DNA from: Puniceicoccales bacterium | GTDB lineage: Bacteria; Verrucomicrobiota; Verrucomicrobiia; Opitutales; JAIRLG01 | NCBI GenBank assembly: GCA_031288595.1 | Contig: JAITRB010000006.1 | Span: forward strand, 1-32,000 | Reading direction: 5' to 3' | DNA length: 32,000 bases | In this document: in pieces, positions 17,136-25,776 of the stretch | Layout: each line of letters begins with the position of its first letter | Numbering within the stretch: the stretch's first letter is position 1 | Notes under the pieces: model-generated | The model's input: only the letters and a program-made list of their open reading frames with translations | Databases searched by the model: none | Told to the model about the DNA's origin: nothing | Position numbers and translations under genes: made by a program

Positions 17136-19433
17136 ATGGAAGATGGAGGAAGGCATGAGGAGAATTCAGGGGAGCCTGAAGAGGATTTTTCCCCATCGTC
17201 CGCAGCACTCGCTGGGCAAGCGGGCCCAGAGGATGGGGGAAAGGCCAGCGATATCCCTCTACGTGAAATCGGCGAAATCCAGGGGAATGGACATCTTTCC
17301 AGTTCTTCGTCGCCAAGATCCTCCAGTCCTTCATTGCCAACGGAGGAGTACCCAAGACGCCTTCAGCAAGCGGAAGATCCGTGTGGGCGCAGCGAGAACG
17401 GCCGCAGACAGCACTGTGCCGAGCTGCGCGAATCCGATGCGGGGAAGCGGGTACGCCTGGCCGGCTGGGTTCAGACGATCCGCGACCACGGCGGATTGCT
17501 CTTCCTCGACCTTCGCGACCGAGAGGGGATTACCCAAATCGTCTGCGAACCGGAACGGGAGAATTTGGCGAAAAAGTGCTCGCTTCCCGGCTTCGCTCGA
17601 AGCTCCGTCGAGGCTGTCCGCACCGATGGCCAGGAACCCGAGAAATTTTCCAAAATCCTTCCTCGATTGAAGGAGGAATCCGTCCTTTCGGTCTTCGGTA
17701 CGGTGCGCCTAAGGCCACCGGAAGCCCGCAACGGGAAGATGGCCACCGGTGGCATCGAGGTGCTTGCTGAAGGGATCTTCGTTCACAACCTCGCAGCAAC
17801 GCTGCCCTTTCCCATCGATGACGCTGCCGATAAGGTCAACGATGAGCTGCGGTTGAGTTACCGCTATCTCGACCTGCGCCGCCGTAAGAATTTGTGGCGC
17901 CTGCGCCTGCGCCACCGGGTCACCCAAGTCGTGCGGCACTACCTCGATGGGCAGGGTTTTATCGAAATCGAAACGCCGTTGCTCTTCAAGAACACACCGG
18001 AAGGCGCGCGGGAATTTCTGGTGCCGAGCCGCCTTAACCCCGGGAGCTTCTACGCGCTGAACCAATCGCCGCAGCAGTACAAGCAGATGCTGATGGTGGC
18101 TGGGGTAGAGCGCTACTACTCGCTGGCCCGCTGCTTTCGGGACGAGGATTTGCGGGCCGACCGCCAACCGGAATTCACTCAGATCGACCTGGAGATGTCC
18201 TTCATCCAACGCGAAGATATTTACGAACTCATCGAAGGCCTCCTGGCGGCGCTGTGGCGGGACGAACAGCTTCAGGAGATACGGGAAAAGCTGGGAAGAG
18301 CGGAGTTCCTCCCAGAATGGTCTTCCCCCAGCCAGAACGAGCTGAAAACGCCCTTTCGTCGGATGGATTTCGGCCTAAGATCCCAGCTCTCCGCCTCCGA
18401 TGCACCTCTTCCGTTCGCCACCCCGGAAAGGGCCACGGCGATGGACAACTACGGCTCCGACAAGCCGGATATCCGCTGGGAATTCCTCATCCAGGATGTG
18501 GGAGAGATCTTCCGGAATTCGGAATGTAAAGTTTTTCGCGACTGCCTGGCCAAGGGCGGGGTCATCAAAGCCCTCAATCTGAAGGGTCTGGCCGACCTCA
18601 CGTCGGGCGAGCATCAGCGCTGTGAGGAACTGGCACGATCGCTGGGCGCCGGCGGTTTGGCCTACATCAAGTGCACCGGCGGTGCTTGGAAATCCCCTAT
18701 TGTGAAATTTTTTTCCGAAGAAGAGAAGCAGCAGCTCGGCGAGTTTTTGGGCATCGAAGAGGGCGACCTCATCCTCTTCGCGGCGGATTTTTGGGAGCGA
18801 GCCTGTGCGATTTTGGGCCGCCTTCGGCTGGAGGGCATCGGGCTCCTCCTCAAGCGAGGGAAAGATCAAAGCGCTTCGTCGCGATTTGAATTTCTCTGGG
18901 TGGAAAATTTTCCCCTGGTGACCTACCAAGAAGAGGAGAAGCGCTATGAGGCGACGCACCATCCCTTCACAGCTCCGCTACCGGAGGATGAGTGCGGTCT
19001 GATGGACGCGCTGGAAAACGTTCGCAGCCAGCACTACGACCTCGTGCTGAACGGCGTCGAGCTGGGCGGCGGGAGCATCCGGATTCACGAGGAAGAGCTC
19101 CAGCGACGCATTTTTGAAGAAGTGCTCCGAATTCCTCCGGAAGTGGTCGAAGACCGTTTTGGCTACATGCTAAAGGCATTTCGCTACGGTACACCGCCGC
19201 ACGGAGGTATCGCCCTCGGTCTCGACCGGCTGGTGGCGATGCTGGCCGGCACCGACAGCATTCGGGATGTGATGGCTTTTCCCAAGACTCAGAGCGGACA
19301 GGAGTTGATGACTGGTTCTCCGACACCGGTTCCCGAACAGCTGCTGCGCGACCTGCGGATTCGGTCGACGGCCGGCGAGGGATTGAAGGGGAAAACCCGA
19401 AAAAATTCAGAAGCGGATGGGGCGGAAGGCTAG
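17136..19433 (+). CDS. aspS: aspartate--tRNA ligase (bacterial type, with terminal extensions)
   Basis: It has the OB-fold start HCAELRESDAGKRVRLAGWVQTIRDHGGLLFLDLRDREG. Class II motif 2 is FRDEDLRADRQPEFTQID and motif 3 is GGIALGLDRLVAML. A GAD-like insertion is present. The start is uncertain: the ORF opens at 17073, ATG 17136 follows AGGGGG, and TTG 17334 is a shorter option. Confidence 0.9.
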   Translation: MEDGGRHEENSGEPEEDFSPSSAALAGQAGPEDGGKASDIPLREIGEIQGNGHLSSSSSPRSSSPSLPTEEYPRRLQQAEDPCGRSENGRRQHCAELRESDAGKRVRLAGWVQTIRDHGGLLFLDLRDREGITQIVCEPERENLAKKCSLPGFARSSVEAVRTDGQEPEKFSKILPRLKEESVLSVFGTVRLRPPEARNGKMATGGIEVLAEGIFVHNLAATLPFPIDDAADKVNDELRLSYRYLDLRRRKNLWRLRLRHRVTQVVRHYLDGQGFIEIETPLLFKNTPEGAREFLVPSRLNPGSFYALNQSPQQYKQMLMVAGVERYYSLARCFRDEDLRADRQPEFTQIDLEMSFIQREDIYELIEGLLAALWRDEQLQEIREKLGRAEFLPEWSSPSQNELKTPFRRMDFGLRSQLSASDAPLPFATPERATAMDNYGSDKPDIRWEFLIQDVGEIFRNSECKVFRDCLAKGGVIKALNLKGLADLTSGEHQRCEELARSLGAGGLAYIKCTGGAWKSPIVKFFSEEEKQQLGEFLGIEEGDLILFAADFWERACAILGRLRLEGIGLLLKRGKDQSASSRFEFLWVENFPLVTYQEEEKRYEATHHPFTAPLPEDECGLMDALENVRSQHYDLVLNGVELGGGSIRIHEEELQRRIFEEVLRIPPEVVEDRFGYMLKAFRYGTPPHGGIALGLDRLVAMLAGTDSIRDVMAFPKTQSGQELMTGSPTPVPEQLLRDLRIRSTAGEGLKGKTRKNSEADGAEG

Positions 19434-19487
19434 AATTTCGGAGTGGACATTCGGATCGATAGGAATAAAAATGGTGGGCGGATTTTT

Positions 19488-20111
19488 ATGAAAAATATCA
19501 GAAATTTTTCGAGGATTGGTCTTCTGAGCACAGCGATCTTGCTAGCCAGAGGAAGCCTGGCTGCAGTGGCCGAACCGGATCCAGCGGCCTGTCCCCTCTT
19601 ATCCTTCGACGCCAGTCGGGTGATGGGAAGCTATGCCACGGTCCAAAGTCGCAACGCGGAGCTGGAAGCGATGGCCAAAAGCCTGCGGCAGGATGCGCAG
19701 AAGAAGATGGAGGAATTGGCGGCTTCCCGAAAGGAGATCCAGGAAGCGGTGGAGAAAATTGACAATCCGGCCCTGACGGACGAGGCACGCGAGAAGATGC
19801 GAGCGGAGGTGGACAAGAAGATGGAGGCGCTTCGTGAGAAGGAGATGAACTTTCAGCGTTGGCAGGAAGATTCGGAGAGCCGTTTGGAGGATGCGCGTTC
19901 GGAACTATTGTCCAAGACCATCGGTGAGCTGCGGATGATTTCCACCGAAATCGCTCAGGAGAAAAGGGCCATCCTCGTCGTCAACCGGGCGAATCCGGAC
20001 ATTCTCTATGCCGCTCCTTTCACCGATATTTCTGACGAAATGACTTCTCGTCTCAACCGGCGTTATCCGGTAACGGCGCCGGCTGTAGCCGCAACATCAG
20101 CATCCAAGTAA
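19488..20111 (+). CDS. OmpH/Skp family periplasmic chaperone
   Basis: It has a signal peptide (MKNIRNFSRIGLLSTAILLARGSLAA). A long charged coiled-coil segment follows (ELEAMAKSLRQDAQKKMEELAASRKEIQEAVEKI...), as in Skp/OmpH. The size is about 207 aa. Confidence 0.7.
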   Translation: MKNIRNFSRIGLLSTAILLARGSLAAVAEPDPAACPLLSFDASRVMGSYATVQSRNAELEAMAKSLRQDAQKKMEELAASRKEIQEAVEKIDNPALTDEAREKMRAEVDKKMEALREKEMNFQRWQEDSESRLEDARSELLSKTIGELRMISTEIAQEKRAILVVNRANPDILYAAPFTDISDEMTSRLNRRYPVTAPAVAATSASK

Positions 20112-20156
20112 TGGGCGAAAGGAAATGGGCACTGAGGCATTGAGGACGAAAAGGCC

Positions 20157-20771
20157 GTGAATATCGCCAACTGGGTGACCCTATCGAGAATTCCTTTCCT
20201 CTTCCTCATCGTTTTTTTTCTCTATTTGCCTCTGCGCTTTTCGGCGACACTGGGCTTCGTCCTGTTCGTCCTGGCGGCCTTGACAGATTGGTACGACGGC
20301 TACCTGGCTCGTCGCTATGGCCTGATTTCCATCTTCGGAAAACTGATGGATGCGTTGAGCGACAAGATACTGATGATCGGGCTGTGGATCACGATTCTTG
20401 CCCTACCAAATCCCCGGAATGTCGGCTTTGAAGGAGGGATAGTACCGCGCTGGACGCTTTTCCTGGTGCTTCTGATCCTGGCGAGGGAATTCCTCATCAC
20501 CGGTCTGAGGCTGATCGCCTCGGTCAAATCGGTCGTATTGGCCGCGGAAAATTTGGGGAAGATCAAGACCATCGCTCAAATTTTCAGCACCGGATTTTTC
20601 ATCCTCTGGTACGCGCTGGTGCGCGATGGCCAAGCTCTCATTCCGGAATGCGTCAACACCTTTGTCTATGACCTAGCCATGGGGCTCTTCGCCCTCTCAA
20701 CCTATTTGACGATCGACTCAGGGATTCGTTATCTCGTCAAGTACCGCCAATTGCTCCTGCAGGCCGATTGA
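20157..20771 (+). CDS. pgsA: CDP-diacylglycerol--glycerol-3-phosphate 3-phosphatidyltransferase
   Basis: It carries the CDP-alcohol phosphatidyltransferase signature DWYDGYLARRYGLISIFGKLMDALSDK and several TM helices. The GTG start at 20157 was verified on the sequence. Confidence 0.88.
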   Translation: MNIANWVTLSRIPFLFLIVFFLYLPLRFSATLGFVLFVLAALTDWYDGYLARRYGLISIFGKLMDALSDKILMIGLWITILALPNPRNVGFEGGIVPRWTLFLVLLILAREFLITGLRLIASVKSVVLAAENLGKIKTIAQIFSTGFFILWYALVRDGQALIPECVNTFVYDLAMGLFALSTYLTIDSGIRYLVKYRQLLLQAD

Positions 20772-21451
20772 GAACTCCATCCATTGGCTGCGCCCATGGG
20801 CCTCAGGCAAGCATTAAAAAGAATCCAAGAGACACTGAAGCTGGAAAAGCATGTCGAGAAGATCGTCCTGTTTTTTCTCATCTACAGGGAAAGCTGAAGA
20901 AGGAGCTGAAGATAAAGAGAAGGATCAAGAAACTACGGCCCAGCCTCTGGGTCCAGTGCCTCCCTAAACCCTGGCTCATGGGAATAGCGACACTGGGGCC
21001 AGTGGGGAATAAACTCTTCGCGCCCGGGAGCTGGGCATCTCTGGCCGGTCTGGGCTTCTACTCCTTCTGCTACCGCGAGCTGCCGGCTTGGGGATTTCTT
21101 TGTCTCGCTGCGTTCAGTATTTTCTGCATCGCCATTCCCATCTGCGATGCTGCTGAGCGGGAAGTGGGGGTGAAAGACCCGTACTGCATCGTTCTGGACG
21201 AGTTCGTCGCGATGCCGCTCTGCTTCTTCGGCTTTTACGTGAGTCCGGAGAGTCATCTGCTCTGGTTCCTGCTCGGCGTGGGCTTCGTGCTCTTCCGCTA
21301 CTTCGACATCTGGAAGCCGCTGGGGATTTACAAGTTGCAGGACTGGCGCGGAGGAAAGGGGATCGTCATCGACGATCTCGCCGCGGCCCTGGCGACGAAC
21401 CTCGTCCTCCACATCTTCTTCCGTACAGACGGTCTCTGCCGGTTCTTCTGA
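20768..21451 (+). CDS. pgpA: phosphatidylglycerophosphatase A
   Basis: The PgpA-like core reads IATLGPVGNKLFAPGSWASLAG...DEFVAMPL...RYFDIWKPLGI...GKGIVIDDLAAALATNL. The start is unresolved. TTG 20768 overlaps the pgsA stop by 4 nt (TTGA), and the first ATG is at 20978. Confidence 0.75.
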   Translation: MRTPSIGCAHGPQASIKKNPRDTEAGKACREDRPVFSHLQGKLKKELKIKRRIKKLRPSLWVQCLPKPWLMGIATLGPVGNKLFAPGSWASLAGLGFYSFCYRELPAWGFLCLAAFSIFCIAIPICDAAEREVGVKDPYCIVLDEFVAMPLCFFGFYVSPESHLLWFLLGVGFVLFRYFDIWKPLGIYKLQDWRGGKGIVIDDLAAALATNLVLHIFFRTDGLCRFF

Positions 21452-21477
21452 GTGCTATCTTTCTATCGGCAGGAGTG

Positions 21478-21586
21478 GGGGCCGCCTTTGGAAGGCTCCT
21501 GCTTCTGGCTCGCGGCGCGAGCCGCGGGAAGGAGGGAATGAAAAGGCATGCCTTTTCACTCCCTCCTTCCCGCCAAAGGCGGCCCC
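21478..21586 (+). repeat. structured intergenic palindromic element, copy D
   Basis: A perfect 14-bp outer stem pairs GGGGCCGCCTTTGG (21478-21491) with CCAAAGGCGGCCCC (21573-21586). The hairpins are GGCTCGC-GGC-GCGAGCC (21507-21523) and a 22-bp hairpin with one mismatch (21525-21546 / 21551-21572). The first small hairpin is degenerate. The element begins 26 nt after the pgpA stop. Confidence 0.8.
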
Positions 21587-21668
21587 TACCCAGAACAGCC
21601 AGAAGCCCTCGACGCCACGGTCCTCTCTCAGAACGGCCGACAACGCCTCTCTTTTTACGTTTCTCTTT

Positions 21669-23411
21669 TCAGGAAGAGAGGATGTCCGGCTGGAAGGAAA
21701 CTTTCAGGAGATAGGGCTTGCCCGGCTGGAGAAAGATGGGGCTTGGCCGCGAGAGGATCTGAAGGAAGTGGAGGGGGCCATAGGCCGTTCGGTACTGAGG
21801 ATCGCCATGCACGGTGACGAGCTCCTGCCAACTCATGCCGAAGTCGTCCTTTTCAACCACTGCCCGCAGGCTCTCTGGCCCCAAGCGGAATCCGGATGAA
21901 GCGTGTAGCGAATGGGGCGCCGACAGCGCGATGACATAGCGCAGCTGCTCCAGCTTGAGCCGATTGGGAGCGGTATAGAGAAATTCCGACACGATGCGGT
22001 CCTCGAAAAATGTCCAGGTCACCCGGCAGCTGGCCAGGCCGGGGACGATGAGCTCCCGATTACTGATCAGCTCCGGCTGCTCGTAGCGGAAGAAAAATGA
22101 GCGTTTCAGGCCCATGCCGCTGCTGCAGTTCCTGCCGTAGAACGAGGGGATAAAACTCTGTCCCTCTATCATCAGCTCCGGCTGGAGGATGGGCAGATAG
22201 GTTTCGGCCGGCGCGTCGAAAATCCCAGGGCAATGCGGAAATGCCAGGCTTTCGCCCAGTCCCTTTCCCTGGCTCGAGAGGAGCGGCAGAGTATAGTGCG
22301 TCCTCTGTCCCGCGTTGCGGTAGATAAAGATCCCCTGTTCCTTCTTCGGCGTCTGGATGAACTGGATGAAACGCCCTCCACTCTTCTCTTCCGGATCGGT
22401 ACAGGCCGACGGCCACTGGAGTTTCCTGGCCAGCTCCGCCCATTGACAGAGGTAGCGTACCGCATCGAAATTAGCCTTGCGCGTCGAATAAGCCGGTGCC
22501 GCATTGCGCTCTCCATCGCGGATGAGCATCGTCCCATGCCCTTGGTCGATGTAGTGAGAGAACAGGCAGTGGAAGAGTCGGCGCAGCAGGCCGACATAGA
22601 GTCCCTGCTGCTCGGGGGCTATCCATCCTGCGGACAAGGCGGACAGGACAGCGTGGAGTACGAGGAGCTGGGAATAGAATCCCATCGTCGTCCCGTAGGC
22701 CCAGGCAAGCCCGTCCTGGCGGATGAGCTCAGGCAAGAGGCGAAGGTATCCGGCCATCTGCGTCCGAATGCCCGGGAGGAGATTCTGGCTGACCTCTCCG
22801 TTGATGTGTCTCTGCAGTACCTGCTGCAGGAAATTCAGTGTCCACAAGCCGATTAAGTCGTAGCTGCCACCGATGCCCGCCTCTGGAGCGTGGTCGAGAA
22901 AGCCACCGGACGTGTTTTCCCGCGCCCCTTCCAGAAAGGACGTGAGGACGCGCGTCGTCTCATCCTTCTTCGTAAAGCCCATGCCGAAAGCTATAAGGAC
23001 CCGTGCGAGGTTACAGGCTGCCTGTGGATTATGGTGCTGGAGCAAGCGCTTCTGAAAACGTTCCTGCGTTTCCGTATTGAGCTGCTGCCAGAGAGGATTT
23101 TGGGATGGCGTCGCCCCGAAGCAGAAGAGGGCCAGGGCTAGGTAATTCAACTCCATGTCCTGAAGGCTTTCATCGCGCAGCTGGGATTGAAAGCAGCGGG
23201 CCGCCAACGGGATCAGGACAAAGTCGCCGAGGTGGGAATCCCGCGTGATCCGACAATACTCTCCAAGGGCAAGGGCCGCATAGGCAGCATCCGTCTTGAC
23301 CAGGGCCTCGCCTTCGACCGGCCGTATCTCCCCGTTATCGGTGATGGCCGGTAGGCTCTGCCCCAAGATTGCCCGAGCGAGATCTAGGCATTGCTGGGAG
23401 AAATTCTGCAT
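21669..23411 (-). CDS. hypothetical protein, 580 aa (helical N-terminal half, beta-rich C-terminal half)
   Basis: A long uninterrupted ORF with gene-like composition. ATG 23411 (MQNFSQQ) is preferred, because the TTG-extended start at 23483 would run through a terminator-like hairpin. No signal peptide is obvious. An alpha/alpha-toroid plus beta-sandwich (polysaccharide-lyase/hydrolase-like) architecture is only a guess. Confidence 0.6.
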   Translation of the reverse strand: MQNFSQQCLDLARAILGQSLPAITDNGEIRPVEGEALVKTDAAYAALALGEYCRITRDSHLGDFVLIPLAARCFQSQLRDESLQDMELNYLALALFCFGATPSQNPLWQQLNTETQERFQKRLLQHHNPQAACNLARVLIAFGMGFTKKDETTRVLTSFLEGARENTSGGFLDHAPEAGIGGSYDLIGLWTLNFLQQVLQRHINGEVSQNLLPGIRTQMAGYLRLLPELIRQDGLAWAYGTTMGFYSQLLVLHAVLSALSAGWIAPEQQGLYVGLLRRLFHCLFSHYIDQGHGTMLIRDGERNAAPAYSTRKANFDAVRYLCQWAELARKLQWPSACTDPEEKSGGRFIQFIQTPKKEQGIFIYRNAGQRTHYTLPLLSSQGKGLGESLAFPHCPGIFDAPAETYLPILQPELMIEGQSFIPSFYGRNCSSGMGLKRSFFFRYEQPELISNRELIVPGLASCRVTWTFFEDRIVSEFLYTAPNRLKLEQLRYVIALSAPHSLHASSGFRLGPESLRAVVEKDDFGMSWQELVTVHGDPQYRTAYGPLHFLQILSRPSPIFLQPGKPYLLKVSFQPDILSS

Positions 23412-23454
23412 ATATGACTTTCCCCGTCCGCCGACGGAGGTAAACTTTTCCCAG

Positions 23455-23481
23455 AAAAAAAAGGCCGTTCCGCGCGACGGC
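23455..23481 (-). terminator. possible intrinsic terminator downstream of the secretin gene
   Basis: On the minus strand there is a GCCGU...ACGGC stem (plus-strand 23464-23468 / 23477-23481) followed by a U8 tract (plus-strand A8 at 23455-23462). A second 7-bp hairpin AGGCTCA-TTT-TGAGCCT at 23511-23527 overlaps the secretin stop. The stem is short, so the call is tentative. Confidence 0.4.
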
Positions 23482-23525
23482 AAGCGTTCTTTGCAAATTT
23501 TCTCACGGAGAGGCTCATTTTGAGC

Positions 23526-25682
23526 CTAAAGGTTCCGCTTGCGACGTCTAGTTGTTCTGCCATTAGGCTTCTTCGGGGCCTTGAACAGGGATGAGTCCTC
23601 TGCTTTCCCCGCCGACAGCTCGGCCTTATCGCTCCACTTGGGAGGGAAGCAGGGAGCGAATCGCTCCGACGCCTCCGGAGGAAAGCCCGCATCGTCGGAC
23701 TGCCTCAGGGGTAGGCCGTCTGCCGAAAGAATGTGCGCCGTGACAAAGATCAGGAGATTCTTCTTCTGGGTCGTCTCGCCGTGGGAGCGAAAGAGCTTCC
23801 CCAGCAGGGGCAGATCTCCCAGAATGGGAATTTTATCCCGCACCTCCTTGGCCTCCTCGCGCATGAGCCCACCCATGACGACGGTGGAGGCATCCTGGAT
23901 CGTGAGCTCCGTCTTGATCTGCCGCGTCGAGAATATGGGCTGATAAAATCCCGACGGCGTATAGACCGTCTGGTTGGAATTCATGGCTATGCTGGCGCCT
24001 CCATACTGAACGAATCCTTCAAATTCCGTGACGGTCGGGTTTATTTTTAGATTGATGCGTTCCGCTTCCTCCACGGTGGGGATGACGGACATCTCGACCC
24101 CCACATTGCGCGTCTGGAAATTCTCCGGTCGGCCGGCTGTGATCGTGACTCCCGCTCCCGAGTTGTTGACGCTGGAGCTACCTACATCGGATTGCGTCTC
24201 GCTATAGCTGTTGGGGTAGCGCAGTTCCTGGGCGATGATGATGGACGCCATCTTGCCGGATAGGACGGTGATTTTGGGAGCGCAGAGCATATTACTCCCC
24301 TTGCTCTGCTCGAGGGCCCTGATCATCAGGTTCAATTTCCCCCCGCTGATGACACCGACGAAATTACCGATGGGATTGGCCGCTGCCCCATAATCGACCG
24401 AGTTCGGGAAGGTGGGCGGGCTATTGTCGATGTTTGTAGTTTGGCCTCCTGCAGCAGGAACGATTTGCCCCTGCCCCATCTTACTCCCTTGACCTGTGAA
24501 TGCCTCCGCCAGGCCGCGGACGCTTGCTCTGAGATCCTTTTCGCCGCCGGCCGGTTTGTTCCCCCAGCTCCAGGTGTTCCCCCGCGGAGTCGGGCCCTTT
24601 TGAAATCCCCACTGGAGGGCGAATTCATCGAGATCTCCCGCCTGGACTTCGACGAAACGGGCCTCGATTGCCACCTGTCGGGTCTCGCGGTAGCGCTCCA
24701 AAATGTTCTTCAGCCTGCGGAGGTGAAGCGGAGTATGCGTGACGATCAATTGCGTCCCATCGAAGGCCATGTTGCTGCCGCTGACTCCGGAGAAGTCGAC
24801 ACCGGCCCGCTGGAAAAATTTCTTGAGATAGGCCTCTTCGGCTGCCGTGCCGGAAGCATCGGACGGATCAAAGGGCTTGGGCACATCGTCCAAAACCTTG
24901 CCCATGATGCAGCTGACCGTTCCCCGCGAAATCGGGAAAAATCTCGTTTCGAGGTCACAATGTTTCTCCTCATCGAAAAACACGAGACTCCCATCAAGGA
25001 TGTCGTATTGATAATGAGCCGATTTGGCGATGAAGCGCAAAATGCGCGCGATCGACATATCATGGACTCGCAGCGTGATCTTCGCATCGGGATTCCCTCC
25101 GAGGATGACCATATTCAGGCCCTTTCCATCCGAAAGTGGCGAGAGAGGGTCATAGCGAATAGCCATTTCCTGGAGAACATCCAAGGCATGCGAGAAACTG
25201 GCTTCTTTGAATTCGATTTCCGGAATGATGATGGATCGCATTTTCCTCAGGATGACGCCCTCTTCCTCCTCTTCCGAGAGCGGCTTCTGGGGGGCTATCG
25301 CCGGCTTCCCACCATGGGTTATTGAGCTCGCGTCGGACTCTGCGTCGAAGACCCCAGTCCACGTTGACCCCTTTATGTTTTTTCCCCCATCCTCTCCCTC
25401 ACTGCTTCCTGTCGAAAATGCTGAAGCTGCTAAGCTGAGGTATTTAGGAGGACCTGGACTCCCTTTTTGTCCTGCCGAATCTGCCGTAGGAGCCTGAATA
25501 AAAGGGGCTATGTCCGAATCCTCCTGATGGGTATTGGGAGCTTCAGATTCCCCATCGTCCCAGCTCTCATGGGCGGTGAATTCTTTTGGATCAGGCTCTC
25601 CTCTGTTGCCTCCATCGGTAAAAACCTGGAGTCCACAGGAGAATACAATACCCCAAGTTAAGCCCTTCCCTCTACCTACCAT
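23526..25682 (-). CDS. secretin (type II/III secretion system / PilQ-GspD family outer membrane channel)
   Basis: The C-terminal secretin domain contains VIPTV...IFSTRQIKTELTIQD...VVMGGLMRE...KIPILGDLPLLGKLFR...LLIFVTAHIL. The N-terminal module reads RKMRSIIIPEIEFKEASFSHALDVLQEM. ATG 25682 was verified and avoids overlap with marC; the ORF track extends to 25853. Confidence 0.85.
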   Translation of the reverse strand: MVGRGKGLTWGIVFSCGLQVFTDGGNRGEPDPKEFTAHESWDDGESEAPNTHQEDSDIAPFIQAPTADSAGQKGSPGPPKYLSLAASAFSTGSSEGEDGGKNIKGSTWTGVFDAESDASSITHGGKPAIAPQKPLSEEEEEGVILRKMRSIIIPEIEFKEASFSHALDVLQEMAIRYDPLSPLSDGKGLNMVILGGNPDAKITLRVHDMSIARILRFIAKSAHYQYDILDGSLVFFDEEKHCDLETRFFPISRGTVSCIMGKVLDDVPKPFDPSDASGTAAEEAYLKKFFQRAGVDFSGVSGSNMAFDGTQLIVTHTPLHLRRLKNILERYRETRQVAIEARFVEVQAGDLDEFALQWGFQKGPTPRGNTWSWGNKPAGGEKDLRASVRGLAEAFTGQGSKMGQGQIVPAAGGQTTNIDNSPPTFPNSVDYGAAANPIGNFVGVISGGKLNLMIRALEQSKGSNMLCAPKITVLSGKMASIIIAQELRYPNSYSETQSDVGSSSVNNSGAGVTITAGRPENFQTRNVGVEMSVIPTVEEAERINLKINPTVTEFEGFVQYGGASIAMNSNQTVYTPSGFYQPIFSTRQIKTELTIQDASTVVMGGLMREEAKEVRDKIPILGDLPLLGKLFRSHGETTQKKNLLIFVTAHILSADGLPLRQSDDAGFPPEASERFAPCFPPKWSDKAELSAGKAEDSSLFKAPKKPNGRTTRRRKRNL

Positions 25683-25776
25683 ATCCTCATACTCTAGGAA
25701 CACCGTTTTTTCTGGAAGGCGCAAGCAAATAAAAGCCCCCTCTCCCTTGAGCCTTATTAGGGCGGCACGGAGAATT

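Noticed and set aside
21455-21714. ORFs in the track that run through the repeat elements: 3314-3541, 3354-3563, 14276-14719, 21455-21643, 21475-21714, 28047-28994 (5' part) and 30949-31191.
   Set aside because: Their apparent similarity to each other comes from translating the palindromic repeats. Both strands give ORFs at the same sites, and there are no start-site signals.
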